Shown: positions 17,271 through 28,094, counted from the stretch's first letter. The stretch: 32,000 nucleotides of DNA from Candidatus Velamenicoccus archaeovorus (GCF_004102945.1 NZ_CP019384.1:1770001-1802000), one strand, 5' to 3'. Notes: a model not told the origin generated them from the letters alone. Translations and numbers: made by a program.

Positions 17271-18776
17271 TCATAACTCGCTTTTCTCCGCCGCGCCCTG
17301 GGCCTTTTTGGCGGCGGCCGCGCCTTTGGCGGCCTTGCTGTCTTGAACGCCCTCGAGCGGGCAGATCAACTCAAACTCATTGATGTCCTTGCCCTTGATC
17401 TTTTTGCGCGTGGTGTAACGGGTCTCGACATCCTTAAAATACGGTGAGTCCTCCAGGGTGGTGATGAACTTGAAGATATCCGACATTTGCGCGGCCTGAC
17501 CCTTGATGACCATGCGCTCGTCCTTCTGAAAAGAAAGATTAACGACCAGGATTTCCGGGGGCAGGATTTTAGACAGACCCGAAAGATAATTAAGCACGAT
17601 CGTGTTCGTATCCAGCTTGGATTTGATCTTCTTGAGCCTCTCAAGTTCCTCATTGAGATTGTCCGCCTGGACGGCAATGGTCTTATACCGTTCATTCAAA
17701 AGCTTCAGGTACGCCTTGCGGTTATAGAGCTTCTCGGAATAGATGCCGCAGACGATAAGGATAAAATACATCATCCCCGAACCGAAAAGGACGATGTCGC
17801 GCGTGCGCTCCCGCAGGGCCCGGCGGATCTGCGCCTCGGGGAGGACAAAATTAATCTTCTTGCGCGCCAAGTCGAGCCCCAGGCCGAAAAGAGAAGAAAA
17901 AGACGTCTGATCCAGGGCCTCGGGGGGCGACTTGACGATGTCCTTGTCGGCCTGGACCCCTTCCAAAGGCTGGACCACGGAAGCCGGAAGGTTGAATTCC
18001 GTTTCGACCTGCGAGATGAAACCTTTCAGCTGGCCAACGGCGCCCACCACGTAGACGCGCACGGGTTTTTGCAAGATCTCCTCGCCCTGCGAGATCACCA
18101 TCGTCTGTTTCATCTCGCCGAAGAACCTCGGCCATTTTTCCGGGTCCTTGAGCTGCTCGGCGCCGCTGGCGATGACGCGGGAAAAAAGGATCATGGCCGG
18201 CGACGCCACGATGAAATCCGTATAGGCGCTGTCCACATCGAGAATGAGGCAGGCGTCCTCCGCCTTCATCTCCGACATCTTGACGGCGCCCTTGAGCCAC
18301 GAGAGGACGCCTTCCGAACTCAATTCGATCTTGTCGGAATAAAGCTCGGCCTTCTCCAAAATACGGAATATCCGGCGGATGTTCTCCCGGTGGACGATGG
18401 CGAGCATGATCTTGGAATACCCCATCGCATCCCGGCCGATAAGGCTGTGACCGTTGACAATCTCCTCCTTGGCATAGGGGACCTGACGCCCCACGTGGAG
18501 TTTGATCATATCGTCGATTTCCGACGGATTGACCGATGGGATACGGAGATTGCGCAGCGTGACGGAATTACGCGAAAAGCATATGACGAGGTTTTGGGGC
18601 TTTTTGATGTTCAGCCCCTTCAAGAATTCGGCGATCTGGCGGCCGATGGCATTGTCGTCCTGGCCGTTGATGTCCTTGGCCAAAACGCCCCGCAGATGCG
18701 CAGCGCCCAGCGCCGTCTTGAATACGACGACTTTAAGCCAGATATTGCCGATCTCCAAAACAACTGTTGTCGTCAT
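17271..18776 (-). CDS. PilM-PilN fusion (GspL/MshI-like assembly protein)
   Basis: N-terminal actin-like PilM fold (VVLEIGNIWLKVVVFK...LILDVDSAYTDFIV...), a central TM helix (IVLFGSGMMYFILIVCGIY), then a PilN-like periplasmic part with coiled coil. Confidence 0.8.
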   Translation of the reverse strand: MTTTVVLEIGNIWLKVVVFKTALGAAHLRGVLAKDINGQDDNAIGRQIAEFLKGLNIKKPQNLVICFSRNSVTLRNLRIPSVNPSEIDDMIKLHVGRQVPYAKEEIVNGHSLIGRDAMGYSKIMLAIVHRENIRRIFRILEKAELYSDKIELSSEGVLSWLKGAVKMSEMKAEDACLILDVDSAYTDFIVASPAMILFSRVIASGAEQLKDPEKWPRFFGEMKQTMVISQGEEILQKPVRVYVVGAVGQLKGFISQVETEFNLPASVVQPLEGVQADKDIVKSPPEALDQTSFSSLFGLGLDLARKKINFVLPEAQIRRALRERTRDIVLFGSGMMYFILIVCGIYSEKLYNRKAYLKLLNERYKTIAVQADNLNEELERLKKIKSKLDTNTIVLNYLSGLSKILPPEILVVNLSFQKDERMVIKGQAAQMSDIFKFITTLEDSPYFKDVETRYTTRKKIKGKDINEFELICPLEGVQDSKAAKGAAAAKKAQGAAEKSEL

Positions 18777-19139
18777 GTAAGGGATGGGATCAAAAACTCA
18801 TAGAGTCAAAGCAAAAAACAAATAACCGATTAACCGCTGGATCCCAATAACCGGGTTCTCGAGCGGCTTCCAACAAGTATCCAGTTTAAACCAGAGAACG
18901 GTTACCTGTATTCAGGAAACTCAAAAATCCTAGGGAATCCCGCCCGAATGCCCAGGGAGATGCCTTTGAGCACCGCCAATCCCCGCTTTTAGCGGCGGGC
19001 ATCTGGGTGCGGGATGAACTTCTATGGCGGCCTTGTGGGATTTTCCCCACAGGAAGGACCTCCGTATCCCTTTTCTCCATTTTTTATCTCTTGCCTCGGC
19101 TCTCCGCCCCTCTGACCCTCTGATGCTTTGACCCTGTTT

Positions 19140-20366
19140 TTATTTGATCAGAAGGTTGATCTGCAGGATCGGCAGAAGCATGGCCATAACGATCGCGCCC
19201 AGGATAACACCCAAAAACAGGATGATGACAGGCTCCAGCAGCGAGGTGACCACCTTGAGGCGCGCGTCGACTTCGTCGGTATAAATATTGGCCACCTCGT
19301 TCAAAACGCCCTCAAGCTTGCCTCCTTCTTCTCCGACGGAAACCATCTGCACCAGGAACGGCGGGAAAAAAGACACCTTCTTCATGCTCGAAGCCATGGA
19401 AGTCCCCTCGAGGACGTCTTTTTTGACTCCCTCCAGCTCCCGCGTCAAGATGGTGTTCTCCAAGGTCGGAATCGCCACCTGCAACGACTGGAACGCCGGA
19501 AGCCCGCTGCGGATGAGCAGGGACAAGGTCCGGCAGAACCGCGCCAGGGCCTGCTTTAAAATCAGCCCTGACCAGACGGGAACATGGAGCTTGACCCAAT
19601 CCATCTGTATCTTGCCGGCGGGCGTCTTGGCAAACTGGGAAAGAAAAAAAACCAAAAAAGCCGCGGCCAGGAGGATCATCCACCACCAGGCCTGAAAGAA
19701 GGAACTGACGGCAAGCATGATCTGGGTGGGCAGAGGAAGACGATAGTCGAAATCGGCGAAGATGGCGCTCAATTTCGGAATGACATAGGTGAGAAGCACG
19801 AAAACAGCGCAGATGCCGACGCAGATCATGAGCACAGGATACGCCATCGCCGTCTTGATATGCATCTTGAATTCCTGCTCGCGGGTGAGAAAATCATCGA
19901 GTTCGGCCAGCACATCATCCAGCCGGCCCGAGGCTTCGCCGATCTTGATCAGGTTGACATAAAGACTGGAAAAGAAATTCGGGAATCTTGTGAGGGCGGA
20001 GGAAAAACTTGCGCCGTTCTTGATCGTGTTGTGCAACTCCAGGATGAGATCTTTAAACTTGGGCTTCTCTGCCTGGCCGTAAAGGATGCTCAGGGATTTC
20101 AGAAGATCGACGCGGGCCTTCATCAGGCTCTTCAACTGACTGGTGAACACCTGCAGATCTTTCTGGGTCAGGCCTCCCTGCAAAAAGAACGCGGTCCCCG
20201 ACGGCGGTTTCGGCTTGGCCGTTGCCTGTATCAATGGTTCCACGCGTACCGGCGACAATCCCATCTCGATCAGCTTGTCAACGGCGTGCTCCTGCGAATC
20301 CGCAACGAGGATACCTTCCACACTTTCCTTCAGGTTCTTCTTGGCCAAATAGGTATAGGTCGGCAT
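19140..20366 (-). CDS. gspF: type II secretion / type IV pilus platform protein GspF/PilC
   Basis: 408 aa with duplicated T2SSF domains (LTRFPNFFSSLYVNLIKIGEASGRLDDVL and ...FPPFLVQMVSVGEEGGKLEGVL) and three TM segments. Confidence 0.9.
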   Translation of the reverse strand: MPTYTYLAKKNLKESVEGILVADSQEHAVDKLIEMGLSPVRVEPLIQATAKPKPPSGTAFFLQGGLTQKDLQVFTSQLKSLMKARVDLLKSLSILYGQAEKPKFKDLILELHNTIKNGASFSSALTRFPNFFSSLYVNLIKIGEASGRLDDVLAELDDFLTREQEFKMHIKTAMAYPVLMICVGICAVFVLLTYVIPKLSAIFADFDYRLPLPTQIMLAVSSFFQAWWWMILLAAAFLVFFLSQFAKTPAGKIQMDWVKLHVPVWSGLILKQALARFCRTLSLLIRSGLPAFQSLQVAIPTLENTILTRELEGVKKDVLEGTSMASSMKKVSFFPPFLVQMVSVGEEGGKLEGVLNEVANIYTDEVDARLKVVTSLLEPVIILFLGVILGAIVMAMLLPILQINLLIK

Positions 20367-20490
20367 GCTGACTCCTCTTGAAAGTATCAGAGCATCACAG
20401 TGTCATCGTGTCAAAGTAAAAATAAAAAATGCACCGCGGAGGGCACGCTTTGACACCGTCAATGTCGAATTCCTAAGCTCAAATGTCTAA

Positions 20491-20525
20491 TCAATACCTA
20501 ATATCTCAATAACCAAAGAAACCCG
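20491..20525. repeat. spacer module copy c (CAATAACCAAAGAAACCC)
   Basis: TCAATACCTAATATCTCAATAACCAAAGAAACCC shares AATAACCAA..AGAAAC(CC) with the copies at 16051-16080 and 22418-22432. Confidence 0.5.
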
Positions 20526-20640
20526 ATCTGTCTTTCCGTCGTTTTTAATCTTTTCTTTAAGCCTTTTTTAGACATTCTTTTTTTCTCTTTTTCGCCATTG
20601 ATTCGTCATTGGAACTTAGACATTAGGCATTTTCGATCTT

Positions 20641-20682
20641 CCGTTCTCCGTTCTCTGTTCTCTGCCTTCCGTCTTCTGTCCT
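20641..20682. repeat. six tandem heptamers immediately 3' of gspE
   Basis: CCGTTCT CCGTTCT CTGTTCT CTGCCTT CCGTCTT CTGTCCT. On the mRNA strand this is purine-rich: AGGACAG AAGACGG AAGGCAG AGAACAG AGAACGG AGAACGG. Confidence 0.8.
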
Positions 20683-22394
20683 TAACCGATCTCCGTCACC
20701 CTCAGGACCTCTTCCGGCGTCGTCAGCCCCTCGCGGATCTTTTCCCAGCCTTCCCTGAGAAGCGTCTTTAAACCCATCTTGATCGCTTTTTGCTTGACCT
20801 GTGAAGCGCTGGCCTTGTCGATGACCATCTGGCGGATCTCTTCATTGATAACAAGGATCTCGTAAATAGCAAGCCTCCCGCGGTAGCCGGTGAATTTACA
20901 CGCTTCGCAGCCGCGGCCGTGGAAAATATGGGAAGGCTTCTCGATCTGTTCATGGACATCTGTGGTGATCTTTCTGAGGCTTTCTTCTTCCTTGAAGGGG
21001 ACCTTCTCCTTGCACTCCGGACAGACAGTCCTCACCAAACGCTGGGCGATGAAAGCCTGGACCGAGGATGCGACCAGATACGGCTCTAAGCCCATATCCA
21101 AAAGCCGCGTCACCCCGGAAGATGCGTCATTGGTATGGAGCGTCGAAAAGACCAGGTGACCTGTCAGGGCCGTGCGTATCGCCAGTTCCGCCGTCTCCAG
21201 ATCCCTGACCTCGCCCACCATCATGATATCCGGGTCATGGCGCAGGAGATTACGCAAGGCGCTGGCGAACGTCAGGCCGATGCGCGGATTGACCTGCAGC
21301 TGCGTCACCCCCGTCAATTCATATTCCACGGGATCTTCGATCGTGATGATCTTCATCTGCGGCCGGTTGAGATAGGACAAAAAGGAATACAGGGTCGTCG
21401 TCTTTCCCGAGCCCGTCGGGCCCGTCAAGAAAATGATGCCATGGGGTTTCTTCAGGAGCTCGCCGATCAGCTCCAGGTCGTGCTCTGAAATCCCCAGGTC
21501 CTTCATGTTGAAGAGCATCCCCGTCGGCAGGATGCGGATGACCATGTTCTCCCCGTAAAGCGTCGGGATGATGGAAATGCGCAGGTCCACATCCGCCCCT
21601 CCCAGCTTGACCTTGGTCCGGCCGTCCTGCGGAAGGCGGCGCTCAACGATGTCCATGTTGGAAATGATCTTGATGCGCGAGGTGATGGCCATGTGCAGCT
21701 GTTTCATCGTCTCTGGAACAGGGACATCGTAAAGCACCCCGTCGATCCTGTAGCGGACCTTGACCCTGTCACGGTAGGGTTCGATATGGATATCGGTGGC
21801 GCGCGCCTGGATGGCTTCCGCCAGGAGCTGGTTGACAAGCTTGACAACCGAAGCATCCTGCGCCATTTTTTCGGCGGAATCCAGGACCGTAACGCCCGTC
21901 GTCTCTTCGGTCTTCTTTTGCGGTTCTGCGGCCTTGTCCTTGTTCAGGATATCTTCGACGAGAGCGGCGCCGACGCCGTAATAGGTCCTCAGGGCGGCCA
22001 TGATCTCCGCCTCGGGAGCCAGGACAACCTCCACATTGAACCCCAGATGGAACTTGATGTCCTCCGTCGGCCAGACATCTAAGGGGTTGGAGACGGCGAT
22101 GGTCAGCAGGTTCTCCGCAAGCGCCAGCGGCATGAATTTGTAGTGCCAGACAAACCGCGCCGGGACCGCCTTGATGACCGCCTCCGGGACCTTCCTGTTC
22201 TTCAGCGACGGGACATACTGGATCGAAAGCTGCTCGGCAAGGGTCACCAGGAGCTGCTCTTCCGTGATGAAGCCCAAGCGGACCAAGGCTTTGCCCAGAA
22301 GCTCTCCGGTCTTTTCGTGCTCCTTGAGCGCGACATCCAGCTGTTTCTGCGACAAGACGCCGCGCTTGATGAGCAATTCTCCGAGTTTCAGCAT
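20682..22394 (-). CDS. gspE: GspE/PilB/MshE-family secretion ATPase with N-terminal MshEN-type domain
   Basis: Walker A GPTGSGKTT; Asp/His boxes (IMMVGEVRDLETAELAIRTALTGHLVFSTLHTND); tetracysteine CPECK...CEACKFTGYRGR. The N-terminus is MLKLGELLIKRGVLSQKQLDVALKEH...LLGKALVRLGFITEEQLLVTLAEQ. Start set at ATG 22394; the ORF-track extension translates a spacer repeat. Confidence 0.92.
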   Translation of the reverse strand: MLKLGELLIKRGVLSQKQLDVALKEHEKTGELLGKALVRLGFITEEQLLVTLAEQLSIQYVPSLKNRKVPEAVIKAVPARFVWHYKFMPLALAENLLTIAVSNPLDVWPTEDIKFHLGFNVEVVLAPEAEIMAALRTYYGVGAALVEDILNKDKAAEPQKKTEETTGVTVLDSAEKMAQDASVVKLVNQLLAEAIQARATDIHIEPYRDRVKVRYRIDGVLYDVPVPETMKQLHMAITSRIKIISNMDIVERRLPQDGRTKVKLGGADVDLRISIIPTLYGENMVIRILPTGMLFNMKDLGISEHDLELIGELLKKPHGIIFLTGPTGSGKTTTLYSFLSYLNRPQMKIITIEDPVEYELTGVTQLQVNPRIGLTFASALRNLLRHDPDIMMVGEVRDLETAELAIRTALTGHLVFSTLHTNDASSGVTRLLDMGLEPYLVASSVQAFIAQRLVRTVCPECKEKVPFKEEESLRKITTDVHEQIEKPSHIFHGRGCEACKFTGYRGRLAIYEILVINEEIRQMVIDKASASQVKQKAIKMGLKTLLREGWEKIREGLTTPEEVLRVTEIG

Positions 22395-22410
22395 ATTCGA
22401 TCCTCTATAA

Positions 22411-22455
22411 AAAACACCAATAACCAAGAAACAAACACCAAACAAATTCCAATGG
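22411..22455. repeat. spacer module copy d
   Basis: AAAACACCAATAACCAAGAAACAAACACCAAACAAATTCCAATGG lies between the gspE start and the four-helix-bundle gene stop. Confidence 0.6.
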
Positions 22456-22470
22456 CCAACTTTCAAACAA

Positions 22471-22821
22471 CTACTCAGACTTCAAGATGATAGACGATAA
22501 AATATTTTTTAACTCCTCCACCTCTCTCAGGAGCGGCTTAATTGCTTTTTCTTTAGTTGTATTGGCCTCCAACAGTGATTCCAACCAATGAAAACTTTCT
22601 TTAGCCTCTCTTCTGGCAATTTTCAACCGTAGAATAAAATCCTTCTTTCCCAAGGCATCATTGGCTTCTCGATAATTTACTCCTATGGAACCCGACGCCC
22701 CAACCGTCTGCCCTACGGGCCTATCGTTGATCGGATTCCTCGGTAAAATTATACATTCCCTGATGACGACTTTGGCAAACTCAGTTGTTCTTCTTTCTAA
22801 GCCAAATTCTTTAGCCATCAT
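22471..22821 (-). CDS. four-helix-bundle protein (23S rRNA intervening-sequence protein family)
   Basis: VGASGSIGVNYREANDALGKKDFILRLKIARREAKESFHWLESLL resembles the TIGR02436-type pattern (...NIAEG...S.kDF...l.IA.gS..E...Wl.l). Confidence 0.7.
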   Translation of the reverse strand: MMAKEFGLERRTTEFAKVVIRECIILPRNPINDRPVGQTVGASGSIGVNYREANDALGKKDFILRLKIARREAKESFHWLESLLEANTTKEKAIKPLLREVEELKNILSSIILKSE

Positions 22822-22823
22822 CG

Positions 22824-22886
22824 TTGGTTTTTGGTTATTGGTTATTGGTATTGTTTTGTTATCGTATCTTGGACTTTGGTGATTAT
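22824..22886. repeat. spacer module copy e (inverted relative to the other copies)
   Basis: TTGGTTTTTGGTTATTGGTTATTGGTATTGTTTTGTT...TTGGACTTTGGTGATTAT. The reverse complement carries CCAATAACCAATAACCAAAAACCAA and ATAATCACCAAAG. Confidence 0.65.
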
Positions 22887-22895
22887 ATTTTCTAT

Positions 22896-25242
<2,347 letters not shown>

Positions 25243-25245
25243 GGA

Positions 25246-25330
25246 CTAATCACCAATAATCCTGCCTACCGGCAGGCAGACAAGAAACAAATCCTAAACA
25301 ATATTCAATAACCAACCACCAAAAATTCAA
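25246..25330. repeat. spacer module copy f (atpA-atpG spacer)
   Basis: CTAATCACCAATAAT, the hairpin CCTGCC-TACC-GGCAGG (25261-25276), CAGACAAGAAACAAATCC and CAATAACCAACCACCAAAAATTCAA (25306-25330). The last block differs from 16105-16128 by 1 substitution and 1 indel. Confidence 0.7.
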
Positions 25331-25355
25331 CTATTTGGTCATTGTTCGATGATTG

Positions 25356-25386
25356 CCTGTCCTGCGGGCGTAGCCCGCGAAGGCAG
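25356..25386 (+). repeat. GC-hairpin module X
   Basis: CCTGTCCTGCGGGCGTAGCCCGCGAAGGCAG. The same 31-mer, with one difference, occurs inverted at 12431-12461. A partial copy CCGCGAAGGATCGGCAGGGA lies at 9928-9947. Confidence 0.8.
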
Positions 25387-25430
25387 ATATCTTGGAACTT
25401 GATCATTCAATGTCATCATTCTATCTGCTG

Positions 25431-26912
25431 TTATACAATTTTCTTTTCCCTGAAGAAATCCACAAACGTCCTGTCCAGCCCCTCTTTGATGTCGGCCGTC
25501 AGCTCTTTTTTTTCGGACAGATCCTTCATCACCTCCAGCCGGGACTTCTTCAGGTAAGACATGATGTTTTCGCAAAACACATTCAGCCCGTCGGCAGAGA
25601 GGATCTCCAGGATATTCCTCTGGAATGCATAGAAAAACACGATCATCGTCAGCTCATCGACCGGCTTATGCGCCTCCTGGACAAAAAGGTGGGTCAGGGT
25701 TGCGCCGCGGCGCATCTTCTCGGAAATTTCCGTCGAGAGTTTCGTGCGCACACGCATGAGACGCACCAGTTCCTTATATTGGGCATAGTCCAGCCGCAGC
25801 GTCGAAGCCACCTCCCGCAGGGCTTTGCTCTGGACCTTGGAACCGATACGCGAGACCGAAAGACCGAGGTCCACGGCGGGCTTGAAACCTTCATGAAAAA
25901 GGCTGGTCGAAATGTAAATCTGGCCGTCCGTCATCGAGACGAGATTGCTCTGGACATATCCGGTGATATCGCCCTGCAGGGTCTCGACGATCGGCAAAAA
26001 CGTCATGGAGCCGCCGCCGTTCTCTTCATTCAGGAGTCCGGCGCGTTCCATGAGTTGCGAATGAAGATAGAAGATGTCGCCGGGATAGGCCTCGCGGCCC
26101 GGCGAGCGTTCCAAAAGAAGCGACAATTCGCGGTACATCCAGGCATGCTTCGTCAAATCGTCCATCACGACAAGAGAATGCCGGCCCGAATACATGAAAT
26201 ATTCGCCGACGGCTGCGGCGACGTACGGCGCCAGGTATTGCTCGCCGGCCGATGCGGAAGCCGAGGCCGCCACGACGATCGTGTAATCCATGGCGCCGGC
26301 CTCCTGAAGGGTCCGGATGACTTTCGTGAGGGATGCGTAGGGACCGCCGCACCAGCAATACACGCAGACGACACCCTTGCCTTTCTGGTTGATGATCGCA
26401 TCAAGGGCAATCGTGCTTTTCCCGCTCTGTCTGTCGCCGATGATCAGCTCGCGCTGCCCTTTGCCGATGGGGATCGTGAGGTCCAGGATCTTGGAGCCTG
26501 TGAAAAACTGCTCGAAGATCGGCACGCGGTCGAGCATGCCCGGCGCCCGGCGGAAGACGGGACACAACGTATCGCCTTCCAACGGTTTATGCACGTCATC
26601 AAGAGGTTCGCCGATGGCGCTGATGATACGGCCGAGGAAACTCTCTCCGACGGAAAGAGAAAAGACCTCGTTGCGGCTGACGACCATGCTGCCGAGGATG
26701 ATATCTTTCTCGTCCCCCAGGATGAACGCCATGACCTCCTTATCGTTAAAATCGATGACGAGGCCCTTGCGATCGGTCCCGCTGAATTCGATCAACTGAC
26801 CGTAAATGCAATTCGGCAAACCATGGATCTTGACGATGCCGCCCTTGATCTCGCGGACAACGCCGACTTCTTTGATTTCAAAAGCCTCAAGATTAAAAGC
26901 CGGTTTTTGCAT
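25431..26912 (-). CDS. atpA: F1 ATPase alpha subunit (divergent)
   Basis: P-loop GDRQSGKST; ...LVVMDDLTKHAWMYRELSLLLERSPGREAYPGDIFYLHSQLMERAG...; TDGQIYISTSLFHEGFKPAVDLGLSVSRIG. Confidence 0.9.
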   Translation of the reverse strand: MQKPAFNLEAFEIKEVGVVREIKGGIVKIHGLPNCIYGQLIEFSGTDRKGLVIDFNDKEVMAFILGDEKDIILGSMVVSRNEVFSLSVGESFLGRIISAIGEPLDDVHKPLEGDTLCPVFRRAPGMLDRVPIFEQFFTGSKILDLTIPIGKGQRELIIGDRQSGKSTIALDAIINQKGKGVVCVYCWCGGPYASLTKVIRTLQEAGAMDYTIVVAASASASAGEQYLAPYVAAAVGEYFMYSGRHSLVVMDDLTKHAWMYRELSLLLERSPGREAYPGDIFYLHSQLMERAGLLNEENGGGSMTFLPIVETLQGDITGYVQSNLVSMTDGQIYISTSLFHEGFKPAVDLGLSVSRIGSKVQSKALREVASTLRLDYAQYKELVRLMRVRTKLSTEISEKMRRGATLTHLFVQEAHKPVDELTMIVFFYAFQRNILEILSADGLNVFCENIMSYLKKSRLEVMKDLSEKKELTADIKEGLDRTFVDFFREKKIV

Positions 26913-26941
26913 AGAGTAGGCCCCTATGGGATCCGCAATGT

Positions 26942-27700
26942 TTATTCCCCCGTGCCCGACGAGGAATTATTCTTTTCGCTTTTTGCATGCAGGCCTGCCA
27001 TGGCACGGCTCAACTTATTCCTCAGGCTGCCGTCTGCGACAAGCCCGCCGAGCTTGATCATCATGCCGATGATCAAAGAAGGATCGACGCTCTCATCCAG
27101 GGGGACATCAAATCCGAGCTTGGCCGAAAGGACCTTTTTGATCTTTTCTTTTTCCTGGGGAGAGAGCTCTGCAGATGTAACGATCTCGGCGCGGTCGACC
27201 TTGACAGCCAGACGCTCGCGGTCCACCTTGGTCAGCTCATCGATCAGCTCGTCGATCAATTGCCTGTGCAAGGCCTCTTGTCCCTTGGCCGTAAACGTCT
27301 CCTGGATCAATTTGACCGAAAATTCAAGGGCCCGCTTTTCGACGGTAGCCATGACCTCCGCTTCCAGGCGCCTGGTCTTCTCCACAGCCTCCTGCACCAT
27401 CTTTTCCGCCTGGGCCTGCGTCGCCAGGATCGTTTCCTGGGCAGCAACTTCCGCCTCCTTCTTGGCGTTATCGACGATGGCCCTGGCTTCCTGTTCGCTG
27501 CGCTCAATCTCATTCTTCGCCTGGATCCGGGCTTTTTCAATCTCCTTATTGAGGATCTCCTCCTTCTCGAGGCTTTCCTGATGAAGGGCCTGAAGACGGT
27601 TGAGGGCCGCCCTTAATTGACTCCCGAAAAGGAAACGAAGAACAATGACGATGACGACAAACGTCACGACCTGGAACAGGATGAGCTGCAGGATTTCCAA
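26942..27700 (-). CDS. atpF: ATPase peripheral-stalk subunit b with delta(OSCP)-like C-terminal domain
   Basis: N-terminal TM helix (LILFQVVTFVVIVIVLRFLF) and a long charged helix typical of subunit b. The C-terminus AEIVTSAELSPQEKEKIKKVLSAKLGFDVPLDESVDPSLIIGMMIKLGGLVADGSLRNKL resembles the C-terminal domain of subunit delta. No separate delta gene is present. Confidence 0.75.
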   Translation of the reverse strand: MEILQLILFQVVTFVVIVIVLRFLFGSQLRAALNRLQALHQESLEKEEILNKEIEKARIQAKNEIERSEQEARAIVDNAKKEAEVAAQETILATQAQAEKMVQEAVEKTRRLEAEVMATVEKRALEFSVKLIQETFTAKGQEALHRQLIDELIDELTKVDRERLAVKVDRAEIVTSAELSPQEKEKIKKVLSAKLGFDVPLDESVDPSLIIGMMIKLGGLVADGSLRNKLSRAMAGLHAKSEKNNSSSGTGE

Positions 27701-27757
27701 AAACCCCTCCTTTTCGTCCGCGCGGCCCGCCTGTCCACGAGAACGGGCGCGAGGACC

Positions 27758-27967
27758 TTATTTAAAAAGATTATAGATCAACACAAGAGCGATAACGGCG
27801 ATGCCTTCGGCAAAAAGAAATGCGAACATCATGGCGACCATGATCTTGGCTGACGCCGAAGGGTTGCGGCCCAAGGCGCGAATGGCCGCATATCCCACAA
27901 AGGCGATGATCAAAGAAGGCCCAAGGGTACCGATGAACATCAAGATGGCGATCGTGAGATTCTGCAT
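27758..27967 (-). CDS. atpE: ATPase rotor subunit c
   Basis: 69-aa two-helix hairpin with polar loop ALGRNPSA and a carboxylate in helix 2 (FAFLFAEGIAVIALV). GGGAGCAGGGGGAA lies upstream of the ATG. Confidence 0.8.
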   Translation of the reverse strand: MQNLTIAILMFIGTLGPSLIIAFVGYAAIRALGRNPSASAKIMVAMMFAFLFAEGIAVIALVLIYNLFK

Positions 27968-28094
27968 TTCCCCCTGCTCCCGCTATGATGAGACCCTGAA
28001 CACGGACGGCCCGGAAGATCCAAAGCGCCGTGCCCCTCTCAAAAATTCCATGCCCCGCCGCATCCGAAGCTCTATTCCATCCTCCCCGACGGAG

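Noticed and set aside
18886-19080. 64-aa minus-strand ORF in the gspF-pilMN spacer
   Set aside because: Its composition (R/S/G/P-rich) is unlike a real small protein, and it has no RBS. The region is better explained as structured non-coding sequence.
25392-27581. 729-aa plus-strand ORF, the longest ORF on this strand
   Set aside because: It is exactly antisense to the alpha and b/delta ATPase genes, whose products carry unmistakable family motifs. Its own translation is low-complexity (R/A/D/L-rich, then an S/L/A-rich tail) with no recognisable motif. It is a shadow ORF.
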